Assembly: GCA_965205505.1 (NCBI GenBank)
Contig: CBDBHB010000008.1
Span: 1,216,001 to 1,280,000 of the forward strand
Source: Acidobacteriota bacterium
Lineage (GTDB): Bacteria; Acidobacteriota; UBA890; WLXD01
Reading direction: 5' to 3'
DNA: 64,000 nucleotides
The position numbers and the translations under genes were made by a program. The notes under the pieces are model-generated. The model had not been told where the DNA came from. It was given only the letters and a program-made list of their open reading frames with translations, and searched no databases. This document shows positions 23,336-32,274 of the stretch, piece after piece (the first letter of the stretch is position 1; the number at the start of each line of letters is the position of its first letter).

Positions 23336-24258
23336 TAACGACTGCGCGCCCGGAGATTCCGGCGCAACTCGTCCGGCTCCGGCAAGATCCCCCTCCAGAC
23401 CTCCACCGTCTCACCATCGCGCAGATACACGAGCTGCGGAACCGACCCCTCGCCGGTGACACGGATGAAGGTTTGGGGAGGCAGAACCTGGACCGGCATC
23501 TGTAAGTCGTAGCGCTCGCGGTAGCTGTTCACGTCCGATCCGGATGTCTCGTAGGTGAGGCCGACGACCGGCGGCAATGCTCCGTCCTTGGTGTATTCAG
23601 ACACGCGGGGGCTCATCGCTGCGCAGTGCGGGCATTCGTGATGGAACAGATATAGCAGGTGCTCCCCGCGCGCGAGGTCAACCTCGCGCATGTCCATGGT
23701 CCTGCCGAGCGCCGCCGCCGATGCGCCGCTCGGACCGCTCGTGTAATTCACGAAGCTCATACCGAGCGCCGTGACAGAGGCGATCGCAAGCGCCGCTGCC
23801 CGCCAGTCGGTGCGCGGGCGGGCCGCAGGTGTCGAGACGCACACCCCTAGGGCAATCCCCATGAACGCCAGGTCCATCAGGAAGGCGTCGCGCGGCTCAC
23901 GCTCCATCATGGGGCCAAAGCAGCCACACTCATCGAGCGTTCCGGCCGCCCATCCGTAACCGACAGCAACGAGAAACACTGCCATGAGGGCAGCCGCCGC
24001 CGTGGCCGCCAACCGCACTTGCCAGCGCAACAGCAACATCACTCCCACGCCGACCTCTATGGCCGGAAGCAACAGGGCAACCGGTGTTCGCATCCAGCCG
24101 GGCACGCCGTAGCCGCCGAGCGAGCCGAGAAAGCTCCACGGGTCGAGCACCTTGGCAATACCTGCGACCACGAACAATAGGCCGAGGATCACTGGCCCGA
24201 ATGACCGAATCAGGTTCACCCATGCGGGTCCGGACGATGAGGCCTTGTTTGATGGCAT
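23335..24258 (-). CDS. MauE/DoxX membrane domain fused to thioredoxin-like domain
   Basis: LFVVAGIAK, ECGCFG MauE motif, five TM segments, then HHECPHC and SVPQLV. Confidence 0.8.
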   Translation of the reverse strand: MPSNKASSSGPAWVNLIRSFGPVILGLLFVVAGIAKVLDPWSFLGSLGGYGVPGWMRTPVALLLPAIEVGVGVMLLLRWQVRLAATAAAALMAVFLVAVGYGWAAGTLDECGCFGPMMEREPRDAFLMDLAFMGIALGVCVSTPAARPRTDWRAAALAIASVTALGMSFVNYTSGPSGASAAALGRTMDMREVDLARGEHLLYLFHHECPHCAAMSPRVSEYTKDGALPPVVGLTYETSGSDVNSYRERYDLQMPVQVLPPQTFIRVTGEGSVPQLVYLRDGETVEVWRGILPEPDELRRNLRARSR

Positions 24259-24273
24259 AGCAGTTACCCCTGG

Positions 24274-26130
24274 CTACCAGGCTATTCCGTAGTCCTCGCC
24301 GTGATGGCTCGAACCACCCCAGAAGGTACCGTGTTCCCAGTCGACGAACACGGCGTTGATCGGCCCCGACGTGCGCTCACGCTCGACGAGCGCGTAACCC
24401 ATGCGTTGCAGCTCGTCACGGACCCACGGCGGCGTGGCCGATTGGATCAGCAACCGCCCAGGGCTCGACTCGTGCTCGGCGAACGATCCTTGCATCTGGA
24501 AGCTGTTGATATTGGGTGCTTCCACCGCCTGCTGCACATCCATTCCCCATTCCACGAAGTTGAGGAAGAACTGCAGCAGGTTCTGATCCTGGCCGTCACC
24601 TCCCTGAACCGCGAACGACAGGTAGGGCCGACCATCCTTGAGCGCCATGCCCGGTGTCAAGGTAGCGCGTGGACGCTTCCCCGGCTCCACCACGTTGTAG
24701 GGGTTCTGCGCCGCGTCCAACACGAAGCTCTGCATTCGCTGGCTCATGCCGATGCCGGTTCGACCGGCGATTACTGCCGGGATCCATCCACCGCTGGGCG
24801 TGATCGAAACCACCCAGCCATCGGCGTCGATCGCCTGGATGGAAGTCGTGCCGGCGTAGAAGTCGTCCTCGAATTCGGCCATGGCCGCGGCGCCTGCATC
24901 GGGGTCGATCGTCGAACCGCCCCAGCTCTCCAGGTAGCGGCGGAAGGGGTTCTCGCCACCCTGGAACGGGTACGGATCGCCGGGCTTCACCGACTCGTTG
25001 TTGCGCTCCCAGTCGATTTCGGCGACGCGCTGGGCGGCGTAGTCTTTCGAAAGCAAACCGTCGATCGGCTCGGCGGGCGGGAAGTAGGGATCGCCGTAGT
25101 AGAAATCGCGATCCGCGAAGGCCATGTTCATTACCTGGTAGAGCGTGTGTATGTAGCGCGCGCTGTTGTACCCCATGGCCTTCAGATCGAGATTCTCGAG
25201 CATATTCAGCGCCTGCAACATGACCGGCCCTTGTACCCAGGTCGTGAGCTTGTAGACCTCGATGCCCTTGTAGTCGACCGAAACGGGCTCCTCGAGATAG
25301 ACCTCCCAGTTGGCGAGATCCTCGAGCGTGTGCAGGCCGCCCATCTTCTGTGAGCCGCGCACGAACTCCGCGGCAATGTCGCCGCGATAGAAACGCTCGT
25401 ACGCAGCCTGGATGGCCTGCTCGCGGGAAGCTCCGCCGATGAGGGCCTCGGCTTCGGCGTCGACCATCTTGCGGAGCGTCACCGCCAGGTCCTCCTGCCT
25501 GAAGATCTCGCCGGCGTACGGGGCGGCGCGATCGCCCTCGCCCAGGTGCGGCAGGAACACCTTCTTGGAGTAGGGCCACTGTTGTAGGCGTTCCTTCTCA
25601 CTTTCGATCGAGTTGGCGGCCTGCTCCTCGATCGGATATCCATCGGCCATCTCGATCGCCGGCGCCAGCACCTGAGCCAGGCTCATGGTCCCGAATTGCT
25701 CGAGCATCACCAGCAAACCGCCCGGCGTGCCCGGTGTGACCGCGGCGTGCACGCCGTACTCCGGCGGGTAGTCCATTCCCTCGCCCTTGAAGAAGTCGGG
25801 AGTAGCCCCAGTAGGCGCGACGCCGAGCGCGTTGACGCCGACGACCTTCTTGTTGCGCGGATCGTAAATCAGCGCCTGGGTCTCGCCTCCCCAACCGAGG
25901 ACGTCCCACATCGTCGCGGTTGCAGCAAGCATGGCGCATGCCGCATCAACGGCGTTGCCGCCCTGCTGGAAGATCATTGCACCGGCAGTGGCGGCCAACG
26001 GCTTACCGGTGATCGCTACCCAGTGACGACCATGCAGCACGGGCTTGGCAGTGCGTTGTGCCTGGCTGGGGCTGGCCAGCGTCAGAGCGGCAATGAGAAC
26101 GACGGCGACGGCGAGTCGAGGGTTGCGCAT
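24274..26130 (-). CDS. Gamma-glutamyltransferase family protein, secreted
   Basis: Signal peptide, GGNAVDAA, TPGTPGG, FYRGDIA, nucleophile GTTSI, PGKRPRATLTP. Confidence 0.9.
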   Translation of the reverse strand: MRNPRLAVAVVLIAALTLASPSQAQRTAKPVLHGRHWVAITGKPLAATAGAMIFQQGGNAVDAACAMLAATATMWDVLGWGGETQALIYDPRNKKVVGVNALGVAPTGATPDFFKGEGMDYPPEYGVHAAVTPGTPGGLLVMLEQFGTMSLAQVLAPAIEMADGYPIEEQAANSIESEKERLQQWPYSKKVFLPHLGEGDRAAPYAGEIFRQEDLAVTLRKMVDAEAEALIGGASREQAIQAAYERFYRGDIAAEFVRGSQKMGGLHTLEDLANWEVYLEEPVSVDYKGIEVYKLTTWVQGPVMLQALNMLENLDLKAMGYNSARYIHTLYQVMNMAFADRDFYYGDPYFPPAEPIDGLLSKDYAAQRVAEIDWERNNESVKPGDPYPFQGGENPFRRYLESWGGSTIDPDAGAAAMAEFEDDFYAGTTSIQAIDADGWVVSITPSGGWIPAVIAGRTGIGMSQRMQSFVLDAAQNPYNVVEPGKRPRATLTPGMALKDGRPYLSFAVQGGDGQDQNLLQFFLNFVEWGMDVQQAVEAPNINSFQMQGSFAEHESSPGRLLIQSATPPWVRDELQRMGYALVERERTSGPINAVFVDWEHGTFWGGSSHHGEDYGIAW

Positions 26131-26231
26131 GGCAGTCCTTGTCTTGGGCCCGTTTTCAGCTGCAACGAAACGAGCCTGTTGTGTTGCGACGAAACGAGCC
26201 TACCGCCCCGTGTCCGACGGCGTCGAGGGGA

Positions 26232-26777
26232 TCAGTCGGAATCGATCTCCACAACCATCTCGATCTCGACCGGGATGTTACGTGGTAGCGACCCCATCCC
26301 GACGGCGGCTCGCGCATGTCGGCCGCGGTCACCGAAGACCTCGATCAAGAAATCCGATGCGCCGTTGATCACCTCGGGCTGCTGACCAAAGCCCTCGACC
26401 GCGTTCACCATCCCGAACAAGCGGACGATGCGGCGCACGCGACCAAGGTCGCCGATCTCCTGCTTGAGCGAAGCCAGCAACGCCACCGCTGTGAGGCGCG
26501 CCGCTTCATACCCTTGCTCGATGCTCAGGTCGGATCCTACCCGGCCCGTTACGAACATCCCGTCGGCCCTTGTCGGGCCGTGGCCGGCCAGAAAGACCAG
26601 GTTGCCTGTGGTCACCGCATGCACGTAGTTGGCTACTGGCGCCGCCGGGGCGCCCAGCTCGATACCGAGCGACCTCAAACGAGCCTCAGGATCGTAGTCC
26701 TCCTGAGCCACCGCAGGCACCACAGCCAGCGCAGTAATCGCCACCAGGAAAGGAGCTGCGCCAGTTAGCTTGATCAT
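26232..26777 (-). CDS. RidA/YjgF-family protein with signal peptide
   Basis: PVANYV, LVFLAGHGP, VINGASD, HARAAVG, PVEIE; N-terminal signal ending AVA-Q. Confidence 0.87.
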   Translation of the reverse strand: MIKLTGAAPFLVAITALAVVPAVAQEDYDPEARLRSLGIELGAPAAPVANYVHAVTTGNLVFLAGHGPTRADGMFVTGRVGSDLSIEQGYEAARLTAVALLASLKQEIGDLGRVRRIVRLFGMVNAVEGFGQQPEVINGASDFLIEVFGDRGRHARAAVGMGSLPRNIPVEIEMVVEIDSD

Positions 26778-26854
26778 CGTCTTACCTTGTCCTCGTGGTT
26801 GGATGCTGTGATTCCGTCATCGTGATTAGGCCACCTGCGTTGGACTTCGTCCAG

Positions 26855-27418
26855 CTACACTGCCTGGCGACCGATCGCCGCATCACGTTCGCGCCACAAC
26901 AGCAGGGCAGCGAATCCAGGCAGGAATGCAACACACCAGTAGACGAAGCTGCGCCAGTACAACGGTCCCGGCTCGTGGGTGCCTAGCCAGATATCGGAGA
27001 TCAACCAGAACCCGAGCCCCGCGAGCAACGCGGCAAGCACGCCCCGCGTAACGGTGCGCGAGCTGGTCTCGGCGCCACCGCCGCTTGCGTTACCCACGAG
27101 GGCAAGCGCCACCCAGAGCCCCATCCAGGCGACCAGCATCGCGCTGACGCCAATGACCGGAAAGAGCAGGTAGAAGAGCGCCGCTGACAGCACCCCGACT
27201 AAAAGGCCTGCCAGCGCTGCGAAGCCACTTCGCCCGCCGCCCATAGCCCGGGAAAGCACCAGACCCATGACGGCGAGCAGCAAGCCGCCGTGCACCAGTC
27301 CATAGAAAGCACGGTGCTCGGGGATCGCGGCGGCCCAGAAGGCATCGGCGAAGGTGCTCGTCGCCGCCATCGCAGCGGTGGCGATCAGGCTCTCGCGAAG
27401 TTCGCTAATTGCGCCCAT
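26855..27418 (-). CDS. Hypothetical multi-pass membrane protein
   Basis: About six hydrophobic segments; collinear with neighbours. Confidence 0.65.
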   Translation of the reverse strand: MGAISELRESLIATAAMAATSTFADAFWAAAIPEHRAFYGLVHGGLLLAVMGLVLSRAMGGGRSGFAALAGLLVGVLSAALFYLLFPVIGVSAMLVAWMGLWVALALVGNASGGGAETSSRTVTRGVLAALLAGLGFWLISDIWLGTHEPGPLYWRSFVYWCVAFLPGFAALLLWRERDAAIGRQAV

Positions 27419-27462
27419 CTTGCTGGCTCCCGGCCGGCCATGATGCAACTGTGGCTGGCCTG

Positions 27463-28827
27463 CTAGTGGATCAGGTGTAGCTCCGTCTGCCGTCGCAGGG
27501 CCCAGCGCCGATCTCCCGACGGTGTGACCTCGGCTTCCTCCTCCATCATCATCCGAACCGGCTGTCCATCCCATTCCGGAACCGGCGTCGTGACCTGTAA
27601 CTCGGTGGAGAACCACATATTCGCCAGCACCGATACGTCGCCGCGTCCCGGCACGCCTTCCTGGCGGTCCCACAGGCCGATCAACGGACCGGCGCCATGG
27701 CCGTGATCGCCAATTGGGTGCGTGTACATGGTGCCGTTGAGCCCCTCCGAACGCATGCGCTCGAGCACGCTATAGAGCACTTCGTTGCCGGACCGACCGA
27801 CGCGCATCTCGTCCAGAAGAATGTCCTGCAGTCGCGCGCTGTTGTCCAGCGCCTGCTGGAGCCCGGCTGGCGCCTCGGTCTCGCCTTCTCGCAGCACGTA
27901 GCCCATGTGCTGGGTATCGGTGTTGAGGCCCATCACGGTGATACCGAAATCCGTGTGCAGTACGTCACCGGGCTCGATCACCGGGTCCCCGCCGAGGCTG
28001 TCGTCCTTGAACCCACGGCGCTGAATGCTCACGGAAGGCTGGAACCAGGTCCCGAAGCCGAGATCATGGACACGCTGGCGCATCCACCACACCACCTCTT
28101 GTGTGCTCGTCACCCCCGGTGTGATCACCGCGCTGGAAAACGCCGCGCCGATGATCTCGTGAACATACGCCTGCATGCGCCGGTACACCGGGGTCATGCC
28201 AGGGACGCGCAGGGCCAGGTAGTCGATCGCCAGACGCGGGTTCGGGACAACGCGCCCGACGAGCTCGGGTCCGAGCGCCGCCTGCATCTGCTCCCACTCC
28301 CCCGCGGTCATGCCGTCGGCGAAGTTATGCTCATGGGAAATATTGACGGCGATCACCCGGGGATCACGCTCGCGGATCAGATCGGCCAGTAATGTCCACT
28401 GCGACGAACCCCAAAGCTCAGCCTGAACGCCCTCGCGACTCGTGGCGAGGTTGGCACGATGCGCCTCGTAGAGCCCGCCCTGTGAGCCGCCGCCGAGCGC
28501 CAACAATTCCACGCCGCCTTCCGGACCGCGGTCGGTGAAGACATAGATCGTGCGTCGTCGGGCCGCAAAGCTCGTTGGTGCTACGAGAGCACGGAACACC
28601 GGGTCTTCGTTGTACTCACGCATCGGCACGACCCACATGTCGACGCCGTGATCACGCATCACCTTTGGCAAGTTGACCGCGACTCGCTCCTTTACCCACG
28701 CCTGTTGGATCTCCGCTTGCTCGCGCAGCGTCCCGAAAGGCCGGTTGGGACGAAAGCTCGGCCCCTGAGACAGCAGCATCGGGAGCGCAGCGGCGAGGGC
28801 AAGCGTGAGGGCGGCGAAACGGGTCAT
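27463..28827 (-). CDS. M24 family (Xaa-Pro) aminopeptidase, secreted
   Basis: GDVLHTDFG, NTDTQH, YTHPIGDHGHGAG, STEL, MMMEEE metal ligands. Confidence 0.85.
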   Translation of the reverse strand: MTRFAALTLALAAALPMLLSQGPSFRPNRPFGTLREQAEIQQAWVKERVAVNLPKVMRDHGVDMWVVPMREYNEDPVFRALVAPTSFAARRRTIYVFTDRGPEGGVELLALGGGSQGGLYEAHRANLATSREGVQAELWGSSQWTLLADLIRERDPRVIAVNISHEHNFADGMTAGEWEQMQAALGPELVGRVVPNPRLAIDYLALRVPGMTPVYRRMQAYVHEIIGAAFSSAVITPGVTSTQEVVWWMRQRVHDLGFGTWFQPSVSIQRRGFKDDSLGGDPVIEPGDVLHTDFGITVMGLNTDTQHMGYVLREGETEAPAGLQQALDNSARLQDILLDEMRVGRSGNEVLYSVLERMRSEGLNGTMYTHPIGDHGHGAGPLIGLWDRQEGVPGRGDVSVLANMWFSTELQVTTPVPEWDGQPVRMMMEEEAEVTPSGDRRWALRRQTELHLIH

Positions 28828-29039
28828 CGAAGTCCTCGGGGTCGACGTTGAGAGTCATCGGCACCCTGGCAGTGGGCCGCCGACGGCCTATGCGCCTGCT
28901 ATCCAATCGCGCCTTGCCGCGACGTGCAATCGGGGGGCCAGCTGTAGCGTCTCTGAAGACAACCGATAATCCGGGGCGAAACGGGGCTCGGTATGGCCTC
29001 GTGTCTGCCGCAAGTGACAGCGCCCGGTGTCTCGGCCTG

Positions 29040-29126
29040 CTAGCAGGCCGTGGTGAAAGTGTGGTGGGTCTGGTTACGGCGAGTTGGGGCCAGATGCAAG
29101 GCAGCCTGACACAGGCGATGCCCTAG
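29040..29126 (+). repeat. Truncated left part of family B element, interrupted at an internal CTAG
   Basis: CTAGCAGGCCGTGGTGAAAGTGTGGTGGGTCTGG...GGCGATGCCCTAG. Confidence 0.85.
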
Positions 29127-29401
29127 CAGGCCGTGGTGGAAGTGTGGCGGGCCTGGTTACGGCGAGTTGGGGCCAGTTGGACGGCGGCCTGACGCTGGCG
29201 ATGCTCTAGCCATCGTCGAAGGAAGGCCAACACCGCAGATGGCCCCAAATCGCCGTCACCCTTCGGGCGACAGGGGGTTGCGCGCGTATCCTGCGTCGTT
29301 CCTCGTCAACGATGGCGTAACCATCGCCTCCTCCTCTCTCCTTGCTTGCACTTCGCAAGACCCTGTCGCCAGACCCACCACATTTCACCACGGCCTGCTA
29401 G
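29123..29401. mobile_element. Complete 279-bp MITE-like element, family B
   Basis: Imperfect TIRs CTAGCAGGCCGTGGTGGAAGTGTGGCGGGCCTGG and CCAGACCCACCACATTTCACCACGGCCTGCTAG; no transposase; other partial copies in the window. Confidence 0.82.
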
Positions 29402-30351
29402 CGACCCAGCTCAGCCGGAGAGCTCAGCGGGCGAGCAAAGATGTCGAGATCACTCAAGCGCTCGTGGAGCTCCCGGAACTCGCCGTCGTGCAGTGGTCGC
29501 AGCGGCAGGCGCACGGTTCCGCAATCGACACCGAGCATCGACACCAACGCCTTGCCGGCGCGCACGGCACCGAACTCCTGCAGGACACGCCCTAGCTGTA
29601 GCGTCTTGGCGTGCTCGGTACGAGCGCGCTCGATGTCGCCGGCGGCAAACGCTTCCTCGATACGCCGGTAGAGTGGCGCCGCGAACCCGATGGTGCCCCC
29701 AATGGCCCCCTGAGCTCCGAGGGCCAGGCCTGGCAGCCAGCTTTCCTCGCTCCCAATGAGCACATCGAAATCGCCTTCCAGTTGTTGACAGCGCGCGAAC
29801 GTCTTCAGGTCGGACGAAGTGAGGTTGACACCCACGAGGTTGGGGATGCGTAGCCGCCCCCACTCGAGCACCTGCTCGGTCGGAAAGCACATGCCACTGC
29901 GATCGGGCACATCGTAAAAGAAAAACGGCGTGCTCGGCACGGCCGCAGCAATGGCCGCAAAGTACTCGATGAGCTCTTCCAGGGTGGCCGGCGGGTGGTA
30001 TGTGGGGCTCATGGCTGCCAGCGCCGTCGCGCCAGCTTTGGCGGCGTGCTCGGCAAGCCGCACAGCATCGCGCAGCGAGCTATGACCTACGTGCGCGATC
30101 AACGGCAGTTCGCCCCCCGTCACCCCGACCCAGGTCTCGAGAACGGCGCACCTCTCCGCCACGGACAACGAATGGCCTTCGCCCTCGATACCACAAATGA
30201 ACACGCCGCTGACGCCGGCATCGCGGAACAACTCGTACTGCCGAACGACCATGCTGCCCCTGAAACGGCCGTCGGCGTTGAAGGGTGTAGGGGCCGAAGC
30301 AAACAGACCGCGAAAAGGCTTCGGGTGCACGCGAGCGTCGGTGTCGCTCAA
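29398..30351 (-). CDS. DHDPS/N-acetylneuraminate lyase-fold protein with non-canonical active site
   Basis: PTPF, SLSVAER, LIAHVG, FFFYDVP, GAIGGT, GTVRLPL; catalytic Lys position reads Asn. Confidence 0.85.
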   Translation of the reverse strand: MSDTDARVHPKPFRGLFASAPTPFNADGRFRGSMVVRQYELFRDAGVSGVFICGIEGEGHSLSVAERCAVLETWVGVTGGELPLIAHVGHSSLRDAVRLAEHAAKAGATALAAMSPTYHPPATLEELIEYFAAIAAAVPSTPFFFYDVPDRSGMCFPTEQVLEWGRLRIPNLVGVNLTSSDLKTFARCQQLEGDFDVLIGSEESWLPGLALGAQGAIGGTIGFAAPLYRRIEEAFAAGDIERARTEHAKTLQLGRVLQEFGAVRAGKALVSMLGVDCGTVRLPLRPLHDGEFRELHERLSDLDIFARPLSSPAELGR

Positions 30352-30370
30352 GCTGCCGCCGGCACGCTGG

Positions 30371-30793
30371 TCAGCGTGGCTGTCGCGCCACGACCGTGGC
30401 TTCGGTCTCGAACACTGCGCCCGGCTCGTCTGGCGCGTCGCGACGCTCGCCGAACCAACGCGCCGATACGCGCCGCGATCGGGCTAGCATCTCGGGAGTG
30501 ACCGACGCCGCTACGGCCGTGAGCGCCATCAACAGCACGCCCAGATCGTCGCTGTAGCCGACACCCGGAATCAGATCGGGGATGGCATCGATCGGCGCAA
30601 TGAAGTAGCCCAACGCCCCGATGACCGTTGTCTTCGCCCACATCGGGGTATGCGGGTCGCGCAGGACTTGCGACAGCAACACCGCCTTCTCGACTACTTC
30701 ACGGCCTGCGGCGCGAGCGTAGTTACCGAGCTTGGCCTTGAGCCCGTCCGCCGAGTACACCTCTCGATAGGCGAAAGCGCTTTCATCATCCAT
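30371..30793 (-). CDS. YkvA/DUF1232 family protein
   Basis: ALGYFIAPIDAIPDLIPGVGYSDD. Confidence 0.9.
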   Translation of the reverse strand: MDDESAFAYREVYSADGLKAKLGNYARAAGREVVEKAVLLSQVLRDPHTPMWAKTTVIGALGYFIAPIDAIPDLIPGVGYSDDLGVLLMALTAVAASVTPEMLARSRRVSARWFGERRDAPDEPGAVFETEATVVARQPR

Positions 30794-30859
30794 GCTGCTA
30801 GCCTAACATCCGGCCGGCAGGCGAAAGCGGACCCTACTTGACGCCGCTGCCCCGCGACA

Positions 30860-31906
30860 TCACGGCCGCAGCACGACTTTGGTATATCCGTCGCGGCGCT
30901 CGTCGAAGCTGCGATACGCATCGGGGCCATCAGAAAGCGGCACCCGGTGCGAGATCACGCGGGTGATGTCGAGCTCGCGATCGCGCACGATCGGGGCGAG
31001 CCGCTCCATATAGGCACGCGCGGGGCAACGCCCGACTCGATAGGTCAGGTTCTTGTCGTAGGCCTCGACCGGGCCGAACGGGAAGTTGTCGTCGGTGTGC
31101 ACCCCGACGACTGAGATCGTCCCGCCCGGACGCACGAGCTCGATTGCCATGCGTGCCGCATCGTAGGTACCGGCCGCCTCCATTACCGCGTCGGCGCCGG
31201 GTGCATCGGCGTGGCTGCGAATCGCCATTACCGGATTCTCGGCCTGAAAATCGATCGGCACCGCGCCGACCTCTTGTGCCAGCTCGAGTCTTTCAGGCAC
31301 GCTGTCGATCGCGTAGAGCATCTCCGCACCGAGCTCCCGCGCCGCGACGATCGCCAGAATTCCGACCGGGCCGCATCCGACGACTGCGTAGACACCACCG
31401 GGCTTGATACCTGCCATCTCGGCGCAGAAGTAGCCAGTGGAGAAAATGTCGCCGAGCAACAACGCCTGTTCGTCGGTCACCCCCTCGGGGATACACAGCA
31501 ACGTCGAGTCAGCCAGCGGCACCCGCACGAACTCTGCCTGTCCGCCTTGCAGTCCCTCGCCCATTCCGACCCAACCGAATAGCTGTCCCCGTGGACAACG
31601 GCTCGTGAGGCCCGAGCGGCAGTACGAGCACTCACCGCAGTTGGTCGTAAATGGGCTGTACACGCGATCGCCGACCGCCAGACCGCGAACATCGGCGCCA
31701 GTTTCGACAACCTCTCCGACAAACTCGTGCCCCATGACGGTGCCGATGTCGAGACCCTCCTCGCGCTCGTTGTAGGGGTGCAAGTCGGACCCGCACAGGC
31801 CGGCGATATCAACCTTCACTATGACGTCGCCGGGAGTCTCGATCTCGGGATCAGGGACGGTCTCGTGAACTGCCGTGCGATAGCCACCAAACGTAATCGC
31901 TTTCAT
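30860..31906 (-). CDS. Zn-dependent alcohol dehydrogenase (FDH-like MDR)
   Basis: GLCGSDLH, GHEFVG, CGECSYC..C, GCGPVG. Confidence 0.92.
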   Translation of the reverse strand: MKAITFGGYRTAVHETVPDPEIETPGDVIVKVDIAGLCGSDLHPYNEREEGLDIGTVMGHEFVGEVVETGADVRGLAVGDRVYSPFTTNCGECSYCRSGLTSRCPRGQLFGWVGMGEGLQGGQAEFVRVPLADSTLLCIPEGVTDEQALLLGDIFSTGYFCAEMAGIKPGGVYAVVGCGPVGILAIVAARELGAEMLYAIDSVPERLELAQEVGAVPIDFQAENPVMAIRSHADAPGADAVMEAAGTYDAARMAIELVRPGGTISVVGVHTDDNFPFGPVEAYDKNLTYRVGRCPARAYMERLAPIVRDRELDITRVISHRVPLSDGPDAYRSFDERRDGYTKVVLRP

Positions 31907-31995
31907 TCGCGTTTAACTCGGCCGGGTTGTCGAATCAATGTCGATCGTAGTCAGTAGGGTACCGAGTTAGCGCTCAGCCCACAAAATCGCCTTGA

Positions 31996-32274
31996 GTAGT
32001 GCTCCTGATCATAAGTACGGTGACGTTTGCAGGAGCGAGATGCGGGCGAGATCAAGGAAGGGTGAGGAAGGCGATGCCTTAGCCATCCTCGACGAGCCCT
32101 GACGCCGAGATCGCCCGCATATCGCTCCTGCCCTCCGGGTGGCCGCGGGACCGGCCACCTTGGGCGTCGCGGCGCCTCGACGATACACCCAGCATCGCCC
32201 TCGTCGCCGCTCCTACAATTCGCCCCGCTCGCGCGCGCCACAAACGTCACCGTACTTATGATCAGGAGCACTAG
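31996..32274. mobile_element. Complete 279-bp MITE-like element, family C
   Basis: Perfect 33-bp inverted repeat TAGTGCTCCTGATCATAAGTACGGTGACGTTTG (31997-32029 and 32241-32273); internal core homologous to family A. Confidence 0.82.

Noticed and set aside
28860-29039. Possible IS end or transposase remnant upstream of the nested repeats
   Set aside because: No recognisable transposase motif; only the terminal GGCCTGCTAG is supportable.
29040-29401. Possible CRISPR array from repeated CTAGCAGGCCGTGGTG units
   Set aside because: Only two direct copies plus one inverted copy, the intervening sequences are homologous rather than unique spacers, and no cas genes are present.
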